From NCBI GenBank assembly GCA_965226055.1, contig CBDDCA010000005.1, forward strand, positions 662,940 through 726,939: 64,000 nt of DNA. Reading direction: 5' to 3'. This document shows, piece by piece, positions 1 to 10,290 of this stretch. Below the pieces are notes generated by a model, which saw only the letters and a program-made list of their open reading frames with translations, was not told the origin of the DNA and did no database searches. This DNA is from Spirochaetia bacterium (GTDB lineage: Bacteria; Spirochaetota; Spirochaetia; WTKD01; G963693115). The position numbers and the translations under genes are program-made. How positions within the stretch are numbered: the stretch's first letter is position 1; each line of letters starts with the position of its first letter.

Positions 1-1
1 T

Positions 2-604
2 CCCGGCACCTCTATTGGGCTAGCATGGACTTCAATGGGAGGAGATGTACTAATAATAGAAGCTCAAAAATACGCAGGAAAAGGAATTGTAAAATTAACT
101 GGTACCTTAGGAGATGTTATGAAAGAATCAGCACACATTGCTCTTTCACTCATAAAATCAAAACATACTATTGAAGACTTTTCTATTGACCCTAGTATTT
201 TTACTACGCATGATTTTCATATTCACTTTCCCGAAGGAGCTACTCCAAAAGATGGGCCTTCTGCAGGTATCACTATAGCATCCGCACTGTTATCTCTTGT
301 TACTAATACCACTATCATGAGTAATTATGCTATGACAGGAGAGCTTTCCTTAGTGGGCAATGTACTTCCTATTGGAGGACTACGTGAAAAAATTGTTGCT
401 GCAAACAGAAACAAAATTAAACATATTATCATTCCACAAAGTAATCTTAACGATTTAGAAGAAATTCCCTCTTATGTACACTCAGGAATAACCATTCATC
501 CTGTTACTACTATTCAAGAGGTATTTGGAATTTTGTTTCCTACCATTAAAAAGCGATCTAATATTCATACAAAAACGCTATCAAAAAAAGCTAAGAATAC
601 ATAA
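2..604 (+). CDS. lon: Lon protease, C-terminal proteolytic domain (5' truncated by window)
   Basis: Frame open from nt 2 (PGTSIGLAWTSMGG); HFPEGATPKDGPSAG catalytic Ser motif; PIGGLREK catalytic Lys. Confidence 0.95.
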   Translation, partial: PGTSIGLAWTSMGGDVLIIEAQKYAGKGIVKLTGTLGDVMKESAHIALSLIKSKHTIEDFSIDPSIFTTHDFHIHFPEGATPKDGPSAGITIASALLSLVTNTTIMSNYAMTGELSLVGNVLPIGGLREKIVAANRNKIKHIIIPQSNLNDLEEIPSYVHSGITIHPVTTIQEVFGILFPTIKKRSNIHTKTLSKKAKNT

Positions 605-678
605 ATGGACAATATTCATACTACTCAAAAAATAATATTGATGACTCCTACAGCTTCCTGTATAGCATATTCACTTAT

Positions 679-1602
679 ATGAAAAAATTTTTTTATCATT
701 ATACATTGCTTATCCCTATACTCCTTATTGTTATTCTGTATTATGTTATACAAATGATAGATCCAAAATTTAGAGAGTATGTAAAAAACAATACTGCTCC
801 TTCAGAAACAGCGTCAGATTCAGTAAGTATTGCTCAGCAAACAGAAAATAAGCAACCTACACATACTATTACAGAGCTTAAAAAAGAACTCACATATATT
901 ATACAATCGCTGCCTCACCCATTTGAAGATTCGGTATTACAAAGCATACTTGAATCGCCTATTGAGTTTATACAAGACATACAGCTTGTATACAAACATA
1001 GCAACATTGCACAGCTTATCTTAGTGGACAAAACACATCCCTTAGATGCTACATATGCTCCTGCAGATATTGTACACTTACAGGACTATGATGATATACT
1101 TGTCCTTAATAAAGATACTCTGCAAGTGAGCAAGAGCATTATTGATGATTTACTTACCATGCATGCAGCAGCACAAAAAGATGCTGTATTACTGGATATA
1201 AGCTCTAGTTATCGGAGTTATTCCTACCAAGAAAATCTATTCAATTATTATACAAGAGAACTTGGATTAGAAGAAGCGTCACGACAATCAGCAAAACCTG
1301 GTACCAGTCAGCATCAACTAGGAACCACTATTGATTTTGGTTGTATCTGCCCTGATTTTGCACAGACAAAAGCAGGGCTATGGTTATCAAAAAACGCATG
1401 GAAATATGGCTTTAGCTTGTCCTATCCACCCAATATGGAACATATTACAGGATACATATACGAAAGCTGGCATTATAGACATATAGGCATTGCAGCAAGC
1501 TCTTTTGAACATAAGTATTTTAACAACACAGGTCAACAATATATGCTAGAGTTATTAGCAAAAAAAGAAGCATTGCAAGCCCTCATCTCACAATATTTAT
1601 AA
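679..1602 (+). CDS. M15B/VanY-family D-Ala-D-Ala carboxypeptidase, N-terminal TM anchor
   Basis: SSYRSYSYQ, SAKPGTSQHQLGTTIDF, YESWHYRHIG motifs. Confidence 0.88.
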   Translation: MKKFFYHYTLLIPILLIVILYYVIQMIDPKFREYVKNNTAPSETASDSVSIAQQTENKQPTHTITELKKELTYIIQSLPHPFEDSVLQSILESPIEFIQDIQLVYKHSNIAQLILVDKTHPLDATYAPADIVHLQDYDDILVLNKDTLQVSKSIIDDLLTMHAAAQKDAVLLDISSSYRSYSYQENLFNYYTRELGLEEASRQSAKPGTSQHQLGTTIDFGCICPDFAQTKAGLWLSKNAWKYGFSLSYPPNMEHITGYIYESWHYRHIGIAASSFEHKYFNNTGQQYMLELLAKKEALQALISQYL

Positions 1603-1677
1603 TACTACCAGCATTCAAAGTATTACCAGCAACAATAAAGCAACTCGTTCTCATAAATATATTATAATAAACAAGAT

Positions 1678-2859
1678 ATGAAAAAAATACTGTATACACT
1701 TATAGTTTCTGTTATAGTATTTATAAGCTGTGAACCTGGTACAGACAGTAGCCTCTATCAAGCCCCAAAGACTGTAGATGGCTACTTTGCGTATAAAGAA
1801 AATCAAAAGTATAGCAATGTACTCATTGATTGTATTATCGTAGCACGCGGTTCTTGTTCACTTAATACACTCCCTTTTATTGGATTAGAGAAAGCAATTC
1901 CTAGCAAAGACGATATTATGAATCGTCTCATTGTTTCTCATGCTTGGATAGGAAAACGTTTTTCAGAATTTTTAAATCATTACCCAAAAGAAGCATTTCC
2001 TCTTTTTAATACTGTTACTGCAATAGTGGTAGGCAGCAATGTACGACCATCACAGTATCTACCACAAGGTTCTGTCATTCTCCTTGATCCAAAAGATCTA
2101 TGGCTGACAAAAACAGAGTTTGACTCTATATCAAAAGAAAAAGATTATCGTACTAATCTCGGAGATGTACTGAGTTTTGATTTTTTACGTCGACCGATAA
2201 AAAATAATAAGCTCGCTTATACAGACTCTTCATTAACATACACAAAAGAGAGAACTATACAGGACATACTATTTCGTTTCAGTTATATACTATTTCATGA
2301 ACTTGCACATGCCATTGATTATTTTCATCACTCTACTATATCACAGTACAAAAGAAATATTCCATTTTCATCGTTACCTGTAAGAGATAGACAGTCAAAA
2401 ATACTAAACAACACAAATAAAAATTTCTCTATTAGCTCTAGGACATTAAAAATTCTTGCGGCAAAAAAATACATCTTTAGAACACAAGAACATGACACAA
2501 CAACAGCAAAAGAAGCAGCTAACGAATTTTCGATGGATATAGCAACTGATCTTTATAGCTATGTTAATAATGTTGAAGATTTCTCAATGTTGTTTACTGT
2601 GGTGGCATCAAAAAAATTCTTTAATGTCGAATACGATATCGCTTTCACCAACAATCCTGGAAGCTCTAAAAACTGTAAAGATTATATCATAGCACAAGGA
2701 TGGCGAAATAGACTTGCCAACCCTGCTGTCAAAACACGAGCCTTAACAGTAGCAAAAAATGTAATGCCCTCAATAGACTGGGATGGTTTTTTTAGCACAC
2801 AGATAGGCAAAGAAACAGCACTTACTCAAGGCAAAAACTGGTGTCTTAATACGCAATAA
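1678..2859 (+). CDS. Lipoprotein with zincin-like HExxH motif, function unknown
   Basis: Signal peptide ending FISC; FHELAHAID; downstream EDF. Confidence 0.6.
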   Translation: MKKILYTLIVSVIVFISCEPGTDSSLYQAPKTVDGYFAYKENQKYSNVLIDCIIVARGSCSLNTLPFIGLEKAIPSKDDIMNRLIVSHAWIGKRFSEFLNHYPKEAFPLFNTVTAIVVGSNVRPSQYLPQGSVILLDPKDLWLTKTEFDSISKEKDYRTNLGDVLSFDFLRRPIKNNKLAYTDSSLTYTKERTIQDILFRFSYILFHELAHAIDYFHHSTISQYKRNIPFSSLPVRDRQSKILNNTNKNFSISSRTLKILAAKKYIFRTQEHDTTTAKEAANEFSMDIATDLYSYVNNVEDFSMLFTVVASKKFFNVEYDIAFTNNPGSSKNCKDYIIAQGWRNRLANPAVKTRALTVAKNVMPSIDWDGFFSTQIGKETALTQGKNWCLNTQ

Positions 2860-2876
2860 ACTGCCCCCCTATTGCG

Positions 2877-4034
2877 TTATACATGCTGCTCACTTTTTGC
2901 CTTAAATTGCTTCATACATGTCACTAACGCTTCAACATCATCTATACTTACAGCATTGTATAACGATGCCCTGCATCCTCCAACCGAACGATGCCCCTTT
3001 AGTCCATACATTTTATTTTGTTCTGCATACGCAAGAAATTGCTGTTCTAAGCTATCGTTTGGTAATGTAAAAACAACATTCATTGTAGAACGATACGGCT
3101 TTTGCACTGCACAATGATAAAATCCATCACTCTCGTCTATATACTTATACAGCATAGCAGCTTTTTCTTTGTTTCTCTTTTCTACTTCAGATATTCCTCC
3201 TAACGATACAATATGTTCTAATACAAGCGATAATATCCATATTGCACCTACTGGAGGCGTATTGTACAAGGACCGCGACTTATAATGAGTATCATAGGAC
3301 AAGTATGCAGGAAGCACTTTATGAGCACTTGCTTTGAGTACATCGTTACTTACCACTACTACCGTAACTCCTGCCACTCCAAGATTTTTTTGAGCTCCAG
3401 CATACACTATGTCATAGCAGTTTGCATCTATATGTCTGCTGAGTATATCACTAGACATATCAGCAACAAGAGTACTGCTCTTTTGCTGTAAGGCACAGGA
3501 TAAGGCTTGCTCTTCCTGCCACTGAATACCATGTATTGTTTCATTACTTGTAATATGAATATAAGCATATGTATCATCACGTATCTGTGAAGAAAGCTGT
3601 TCAACGGTAGGCAGCTGTGTAAATCTATGTTCTTCTCCAGAATAGAGAATATCTACAGACGGGTAAACTTTCTTTGCTTCCTTATATGCTTTTTGCCCCC
3701 ATGCCCCTGTTACAATATATCCTGCACTCATCAAAGCAGTTTCTGATTTCTCTGTGCTTGTATCATTGAAGCCAGATACTATGTTGAGGGGTATCATTGA
3801 AAATTGCAGACTCGCCCCTCCCCCTAGCAATAAAACATGATGTTCATTGTCTAATCCAAGCAAAGAATGCAATAGCTCCGTTGCTTTCGTATGCACTGTT
3901 TCATACACCTTTCCTCTATGACTCATTTCTAATAAAGAGTAGCCATGCGATTCAAAATCTACAAAATGCGTCTTTGCATACTCAAGCACCTCTGTATATA
4001 CCTTTGAAGGTCCTGCAGAAAAATTATGTATCAT
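2877..4034 (-). CDS. serC: Phosphoserine aminotransferase
   Basis: Start trimmed to MIHNFSAGP; EMSHRG, NETIHG, DMSSD, AGAQKNLG, GHRSVGGCRASLYNA. Confidence 0.95.
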   Translation of the reverse strand: MIHNFSAGPSKVYTEVLEYAKTHFVDFESHGYSLLEMSHRGKVYETVHTKATELLHSLLGLDNEHHVLLLGGGASLQFSMIPLNIVSGFNDTSTEKSETALMSAGYIVTGAWGQKAYKEAKKVYPSVDILYSGEEHRFTQLPTVEQLSSQIRDDTYAYIHITSNETIHGIQWQEEQALSCALQQKSSTLVADMSSDILSRHIDANCYDIVYAGAQKNLGVAGVTVVVVSNDVLKASAHKVLPAYLSYDTHYKSRSLYNTPPVGAIWILSLVLEHIVSLGGISEVEKRNKEKAAMLYKYIDESDGFYHCAVQKPYRSTMNVVFTLPNDSLEQQFLAYAEQNKMYGLKGHRSVGGCRASLYNAVSIDDVEALVTCMKQFKAKSEQHV

Positions 4035-4132
4035 TTCATACTGTATTATAAAATATACTAAAAAAAAAGTAAAGCCATGGGGCATTCACTGTGGAAATCA
4101 TTATTTGACTTAGTTTTATTACAATATTTTAA

Positions 4133-4870
4133 CTACAAATATTGCTTTAAGTCTTGTTTTAATATATTCTTTGCCTTTTCTAATGAATCAAAAGTTAGTT
4201 CTTTAAAAGATTTATGTATAGGATTATCAATTTGTCTTTCACCTTCTAATAAAGTTATAATATTAATATCAACATTAAAATATGACATAATTGTATGCGT
4301 GGAGCAACTACCATAAACAATATCATTTAGATAGGAATAATCACCACCTAATTGACTTTCTAATTGTAATAAATAACAAGAAATAATTGGTAAGTGTTTA
4401 TTACGTTGCATATAATTTAATAAATGAAAATCTACCAATATCCTTTTTATCATTGCATTTTCCGTATATGCTTTACACTCAATACCCATTACAAATTTAT
4501 CATCAATAAATATCTGCTTATCTACTGATAGTCCATAATAATAACTCTGTATATCGCTTAGAATATATTCTTTGATTTTTGGATTTAATTTTTCTAAATA
4601 TCCCCCATTTTGATTTAATGGTATCTTAAATTTATTACTATTAATTTCAATTCTTCTTTCGTCTCCTCCTAACTCTAACCATGCAACTTTAACTAAAGAA
4701 TGAGTAATATATTCTTGTAATTTACCCTTGACAGACCGTAATACTCCTCCATAAGCCCTCTCTTCATCATCTGCTTGTTGATGTGCTTCATTATCAATAA
4801 CTCTCACAATGTTATTATATGTTGCTATAATATCACTAATATTTGTATCATATTCTCTCATTTGTTTCAT
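4133..4870 (-). CDS. Type II restriction endonuclease, DdeI-like (predicted CTNAG)
   Basis: RAYGG..KGKLQE, YGLSVDKQIFID, GIECKAYTENAMIKRILVDF, QLESQLGGDYS match my recollection of R.DdeI; follows an MTase. Confidence 0.8.
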   Translation of the reverse strand: MKQMREYDTNISDIIATYNNIVRVIDNEAHQQADDEERAYGGVLRSVKGKLQEYITHSLVKVAWLELGGDERRIEINSNKFKIPLNQNGGYLEKLNPKIKEYILSDIQSYYYGLSVDKQIFIDDKFVMGIECKAYTENAMIKRILVDFHLLNYMQRNKHLPIISCYLLQLESQLGGDYSYLNDIVYGSCSTHTIMSYFNVDINIITLLEGERQIDNPIHKSFKELTFDSLEKAKNILKQDLKQYL

Positions 4871-4887
4871 ACATAGAGTTTATCACA

Positions 4888-5952
4888 TTAGAATAAAACT
4901 TGAGGTATATCTTCTACTCTTTTTTTAGCGGTAACACAGTATTCTTTTGATACATCTACACTAATATAGTTTCTGTTTATTCGCTTACATACTGCCGCTG
5001 TCGTTCCAACTCCTCCAAACGGATCTAATATCACATCATTAGGGAATGTATATACCTTCAATGCCTTTTCTACTAATTTTTCAGGAAACATTGCATCATG
5101 ATTATACTTTTTCATATTTCTTTCAGGGGCTATTGACCATTTCCCTATTACAGCACTCTTAAATTCTTCGTCTGTTATGTCAGGTATTTCATTTCTTCTA
5201 TTATTGTGTTTTATTGTTTCTTTACAATATACCTCTATAAATTCATGCGTATATTTCAAATACGGAGATGCAGGGCTTTTCCAACTCCCCCAAGAAGTAT
5301 ATCTTGCACTATAATTATTCTTTTCCCATAAAATCTCATTTCTCCATATAAATTTATGCTTCAAAAATATCTGTGAAAAAATATGATGTGAGGGTATATA
5401 GTCAGAAAAAAAAGGTTGAATATTCCAAATAACCCTACCCCCTGTTGTTAGTATCCTATACATCTCTTTTATAATTTTATTCATAATCTTAAAATAACTA
5501 TCCCATGTATTCTCATCGCTATAATAATCTCCATAATCAATTCCAAAATTATACGGAGGAGAAGTAATAATACAATCTATACAATTATTCGGTAGAGTTT
5601 TCATATACTCTAAACAATCATCATTTATAATAACATTCAATCTTTCTTCCTCTAACTCTTGATGACTGTAATTGATTTTTGCAATCTTTTTTTTCTTTTT
5701 TATAATCTTGTTATCAACTTTTAAATTTTCATATGTCCTATACCCACTCTTACTATTGTATTCTCCTAGTTTTAATCTATTCAAAAAATCAATCAAATCT
5801 TGATTTTTATTTAATATATCAATTTTTACTTTCCTAATATAAAATGTATTTTCTCTAATTCCTATATTTTCTTTATCTATTGAATTTATAAAATCAATAA
5901 ATGTAGGAGATAATTCTTTTATAAGAGTGTCATCTAGTATTATTTCTTTCAT
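4888..5952 (-). CDS. Site-specific amino-methyltransferase (N4-C/N6-A, beta class)
   Basis: TSPPY motif IV precedes DPFGGVGTT motif I; HDAMFPEKL. Confidence 0.9.
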   Translation of the reverse strand: MKEIILDDTLIKELSPTFIDFINSIDKENIGIRENTFYIRKVKIDILNKNQDLIDFLNRLKLGEYNSKSGYRTYENLKVDNKIIKKKKKIAKINYSHQELEEERLNVIINDDCLEYMKTLPNNCIDCIITSPPYNFGIDYGDYYSDENTWDSYFKIMNKIIKEMYRILTTGGRVIWNIQPFFSDYIPSHHIFSQIFLKHKFIWRNEILWEKNNYSARYTSWGSWKSPASPYLKYTHEFIEVYCKETIKHNNRRNEIPDITDEEFKSAVIGKWSIAPERNMKKYNHDAMFPEKLVEKALKVYTFPNDVILDPFGGVGTTAAVCKRINRNYISVDVSKEYCVTAKKRVEDIPQVLF

Positions 5953-6052
5953 TTGTACCCCTTTCTTTTTTCTTATTTATATTACTTTTCTTCGTCTTTG
6001 CTCCCTTACTTTTAGTAACCTTCCTTCAAAATTTTATCCGTGTAAGCCCTAT

Positions 6053-8482
6053 TTATTGTACTTTCAATATATATATATTTGTAATACCTTCATGTTTACA
6101 TGCTTCAAATACAACATTAGATATATTTGTACTAAACTGTATATGCTTATGTTCGTGATTTATCACCTTAAAAAATACTTTAGTATTTATAGATATGATA
6201 TTGTTTGATACAATATGTAGGATAGTATTTTTCCGTCCATGCAGATTGACTATAATTTCTATTGTGTTGTTATGAGAGAGTACTTCAAATTCCCATTGTA
6301 TATACTGTCCTTGTAAGTAATTGTAGCTATACCCATCATCCTCAAAATAGGTATTTCTTCTCTTTCCTTTTGAGGGAGGATATACAATAAATGTTCTTGA
6401 TGTTCCCTGTTTATTGGTAACACTAATGCCATCATTCATTGCTAATACTGTTCCTTCACGAACAAAAAAAGGAATAGATTCAATGTCCACTGCATATGAA
6501 ATATATTGACCACCTGCGTAACAGGTATGATCATGAAATGAATACCATTGTTCTCCACTAGGCAAATATGTTGTATGCATTTTTTCTCCTTCTTTTATGA
6601 CATTTGATACTAATATATGTTCTCCTACCATAAAATCTGTTGTTTCTTTGAAACAATGTGGATCTTTTTCATAGTTGTAAAATAAGGGACGTATGATAGG
6701 TTCGTACAATGTATGGGCTTTATACAATAGATCGTATAAATATGGCATCAATGCATAGCGTAAATGAATAGCACTCCGTATTGTGTCGACTGCATGTTCA
6801 TACATCCACGGAGTAGTTGTACTACCATCATTATTCCATGAGTGTATGGTAAAACGAGGATAAAATATTCCATGTTGCACCCATCTTGTAAGCAATTCTT
6901 TACTTGGAGGATCGCCCGAGAAACCACCTACATCATGACCTATATTATACATTCCACTGAGAGATAGTCCTAATCCCATGTAGACGTTATATTCTAATGT
7001 CTTAAAACTTGTATAATTATCGCCTGTCCATGTCTGAGCATATCGTTGCAGTCCCGGACATCCTGAACGTGAAATAAGGTAAGGTCGTGTTTTTTCATCA
7101 AACTCTTTTTGCGCTTCAAATGAAGATTTGACCATTAACAGTGTCTGCAATACTTTGGAAGTATCGTGTTTTGTCCCTTTGAATACAATACTGTTGTCCC
7201 ATATTTGAAATTCATTATTATCGTTCCATGTTGCTACAATTCCATAGGAGAGCAACTGTTCGCGTACGTTGTTCTTCCACCATGCTCTTGCTTGTTCATT
7301 GGTAAAATCTATATATGATCCTTCTTCATCCCAAAATTGACTTGTTGATATTTTTCCATCCTTTGTGTGAACAAATATATCTTCACATTCATTATATCGT
7401 GGGTGAGTGGTTAAGAGACATGGTTTTATGTTTGCACAAAACCGTATATCGTTCTGTAAAAAATCTTCACATAATTTACGAGGATCAGGAAATTTTTCTT
7501 TATTCCAATGAAATACATACCGCTTATTATCAATAGAAGTATAGCCTGATGATAATTGAAAGGAATCGCAGGGGATATCATACTTTTTACAATTATCTAA
7601 AAAAGTATACAAGAGTGTTTGTGCATCAGGAGAGTCAGTAAAGTTCATGGTAGATCCAGAATATCCTAAGCTCCACTTTGGAGGAAATATAACTTTGCCT
7701 GTAAGCCATGTAACATTCTTCACTACTTTTTGTATGCTTGCTCCCATACATACATAGTAATCACAATACCCTCCTTCTGACTTAAAATAGGTGTACGGAA
7801 CATGATAATTATCATGTTCTTGTCCAAAATTGAAGTATGAGGTTGAGAAATTATCGTAGAAAATTCCAAAAAAATACTCTATATCTCGTTTATAGGTTAT
7901 GTAAAAAGGATAGTGTTTATATAAAGGGTCCGTACATGATGCATCATATCCCATAGGATCAAGATTATTCATCGTATACTTTTTTCCATATTTATTCATA
8001 TGTCCTGTCTTTTCGCCACAGCCAAAATACATGTCTCCTTCTTGCCTGCATACATAATGATATATGTTATCATCCCAATACCCTAAGTTGTATGCTTGAG
8101 TTGGTCTATCTTGTAAGAATGTATCACCGTTATATGACCACGAAAGAATAAAATTTCTTTTTTCAATATTTATATCATAGTTTTGAGTGTGTATATAAAA
8201 GTACTGAGTATCTTCTGTAATGTCATATGTTGTAGTTAAAAGCGATGTATCTACTACAAGACGTGCATTGCCTTCAGCACTTACATCACTATTGCCATAT
8301 ATTACCCACCATGTGTTCTCTAGTGTTGTTTCTTCATCTTTTTTGTAGAGTAGTACTCTGACAATATCAGAACAGAGAAGATAGATACGTGCTATAAATA
8401 CTTTATTTTCACTTTCAAATACTATTTCTCCCTGTTTTGATTGAGTGAGCGTGAAATATACATTCATTTCCTTGCGTTGCAT
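6053..8482 (-). CDS. Glycoside hydrolase family 31 (alpha-glycosidase)
   Basis: DPLYKHYPF, WNDNNE nucleophile region, WTGDN acid/base, GHDVGGF. Confidence 0.9.
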   Translation of the reverse strand: MQRKEMNVYFTLTQSKQGEIVFESENKVFIARIYLLCSDIVRVLLYKKDEETTLENTWWVIYGNSDVSAEGNARLVVDTSLLTTTYDITEDTQYFYIHTQNYDINIEKRNFILSWSYNGDTFLQDRPTQAYNLGYWDDNIYHYVCRQEGDMYFGCGEKTGHMNKYGKKYTMNNLDPMGYDASCTDPLYKHYPFYITYKRDIEYFFGIFYDNFSTSYFNFGQEHDNYHVPYTYFKSEGGYCDYYVCMGASIQKVVKNVTWLTGKVIFPPKWSLGYSGSTMNFTDSPDAQTLLYTFLDNCKKYDIPCDSFQLSSGYTSIDNKRYVFHWNKEKFPDPRKLCEDFLQNDIRFCANIKPCLLTTHPRYNECEDIFVHTKDGKISTSQFWDEEGSYIDFTNEQARAWWKNNVREQLLSYGIVATWNDNNEFQIWDNSIVFKGTKHDTSKVLQTLLMVKSSFEAQKEFDEKTRPYLISRSGCPGLQRYAQTWTGDNYTSFKTLEYNVYMGLGLSLSGMYNIGHDVGGFSGDPPSKELLTRWVQHGIFYPRFTIHSWNNDGSTTTPWMYEHAVDTIRSAIHLRYALMPYLYDLLYKAHTLYEPIIRPLFYNYEKDPHCFKETTDFMVGEHILVSNVIKEGEKMHTTYLPSGEQWYSFHDHTCYAGGQYISYAVDIESIPFFVREGTVLAMNDGISVTNKQGTSRTFIVYPPSKGKRRNTYFEDDGYSYNYLQGQYIQWEFEVLSHNNTIEIIVNLHGRKNTILHIVSNNIISINTKVFFKVINHEHKHIQFSTNISNVVFEACKHEGITNIYILKVQ

Positions 8483-8491
8483 AAGTGCAGA

Positions 8492-9799
8492 TTAGCGGGT
8501 AATCATTCCCATAGATTCGGGGATAATCATTGATATCCACGGTATATATACTACCAAGAATAAACATATCACCATCGCTATAAAAAATGGAATAAGCATT
8601 CGCGATACATGTTCAATTTTAGTATTGGAAATACTACATCCTACAAACAATACGCTTCCGACAGGAGGGGTGATGTTTCCTATGCACATGTTAAAGATAA
8701 ACATTATACCAAAATGTACAGGATGTATACCTAACTGTGTTGCTATGGGTAAAAATATTGGAGTAAATATCAAAATCGCAGGGGTAATATCCATAAAGGT
8801 ACCGACAAACAAGAGTATTATACTTATCAAAAATAATAGCACATATTTATTTGATGAAAGAGAAAGAAGAGAAGAGCTTATCAATTCGGGCATGCTGGTA
8901 TAACTCATAAGCCATGACATGACTGAAGATGCAGATATTAAAAATAAAATAATGGAGCTTGTACATGCTGATGTATATACTATTCTAATGAATTTTTTTA
9001 TGGTCATTGATCTATATATCACAGACAAAAGCAATGAATATACAACGGCTATAGCTGAGCCTTCTGTGGCAGTAAATATGCCTCCTACAATACCACCAAT
9101 AACGATGATAATTAACAGTAAGCTGGGTATGGCTTGCAGTATAATTTTGATTTTTTGCTTCATAGCAACACGGGGAAATACAGGGTAGTTATGTTTTTTT
9201 GCAAAGAAATATGCCACTACCATGATGCTCACTCCTAAAAGAATACCGGGAAGATACCCTGCTATAAACAATGCACTGACCGATGTTCCTCCGCTGACTA
9301 AGGCATATACTATTACCGAACCACTGGGGGGAATTAACAAGCCTGATGGGGCTGATGCAATATTAACAGCAGCGGAAAAGTTTTTATCGTAGCCATCTTT
9401 CTCTTCAATGGGTCCCATTATTCCGCCTATGGCTGCCGCTGCTGCAACAGATGAACCTGATACTGATCCAAACAACATGTTTGCTATAACATTGGTATGA
9501 GCCAGCGCGCCAGGTAATCTTCCTCCTATCAATTTTGCTACATTGATAAAACGTATAGCTATGTTCCCTTCGTTCATTATGTTGCCTGCTAATATAAAAA
9601 ATGGCATTGCTAATATAGAGAAACTGTCTATGCCCGAAAAAAATCGTTTTGCTGTTATTGATACTGCTAGGCTAGGCTCTACTACTAAGAAAATTGCAAT
9701 AAGTGATGAAAATCCTATGCTTACGGCAATGGGCATACCTATTGCCAATAACAGCACAAATAGTATAATCAATACAGAAGCGACTACCAATACACTCAT
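8492..9799 (-). CDS. dctM: TRAP transporter large permease DctM
   Basis: Polytopic; MPFFILAG, SGSSVA, LIPPS, ITPPVG; start trimmed to ATGA overlap with dctQ. Confidence 0.92.
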   Translation of the reverse strand: MSVLVVASVLIILFVLLLAIGMPIAVSIGFSSLIAIFLVVEPSLAVSITAKRFFSGIDSFSILAMPFFILAGNIMNEGNIAIRFINVAKLIGGRLPGALAHTNVIANMLFGSVSGSSVAAAAAIGGIMGPIEEKDGYDKNFSAAVNIASAPSGLLIPPSGSVIVYALVSGGTSVSALFIAGYLPGILLGVSIMVVAYFFAKKHNYPVFPRVAMKQKIKIILQAIPSLLLIIIVIGGIVGGIFTATEGSAIAVVYSLLLSVIYRSMTIKKFIRIVYTSACTSSIILFLISASSVMSWLMSYTSMPELISSSLLSLSSNKYVLLFLISIILLFVGTFMDITPAILIFTPIFLPIATQLGIHPVHFGIMFIFNMCIGNITPPVGSVLFVGCSISNTKIEHVSRMLIPFFIAMVICLFLVVYIPWISMIIPESMGMITR

Positions 9800-10278
9800 A
9801 ATGCCTGTTTTCCACGTATATCTTCTATAATATTTATTATTTGAAATATAACAATAAGCATCATACTGATAGGAATACATAAATATACATAGCCCATCTG
9901 CCATCTCATTATTGCAGATACCTGAGAAAAATTATCTCTCACTACAATAACCCCTCCAATGCTTATTAACAATGCAAAAATAATAATCAAAACCGAAAGA
10001 ATTGTGTTGTAATATTTTCTCAGCCACGCATTTTTCTGTGAAACGCGTTCTTTTATTACAGTAAAGGCGGTATGTTGATTTTTTAAGAATACATAGGAAC
10101 TGCCAATAAGTCCCAACCAAATCATAGCATATCGCGATAATTCTTCCGAAAAAGTGAGAGGGGCATTAAACACATACCGCATTATCACCCCCATTGTTAC
10201 CAATACTATAAGAAGCATCATCAATAAAGAGATTACTGCTAAAACAGTAATCTCTAATATCTTTTTTATTCTTGTCAT
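9796..10278 (-). CDS. dctQ: TRAP transporter small permease DctQ
   Basis: 4 TM; RYVFN..FSEELSRYAMIW. Confidence 0.9.
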   Translation of the reverse strand: MTRIKKILEITVLAVISLLMMLLIVLVTMGVIMRYVFNAPLTFSEELSRYAMIWLGLIGSSYVFLKNQHTAFTVIKERVSQKNAWLRKYYNTILSVLIIIFALLISIGGVIVVRDNFSQVSAIMRWQMGYVYLCIPISMMLIVIFQIINIIEDIRGKQAL

Positions 10279-10290
10279 TGTGCAGTAATT

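Noticed and set aside
5960-6010. Weak resemblance to the dispersed repeat upstream of the MTase (TTTGCTCCCTT)
   Set aside because: Too short and pyrimidine-rich to separate from chance; lacks the TTGAATCCGCA core
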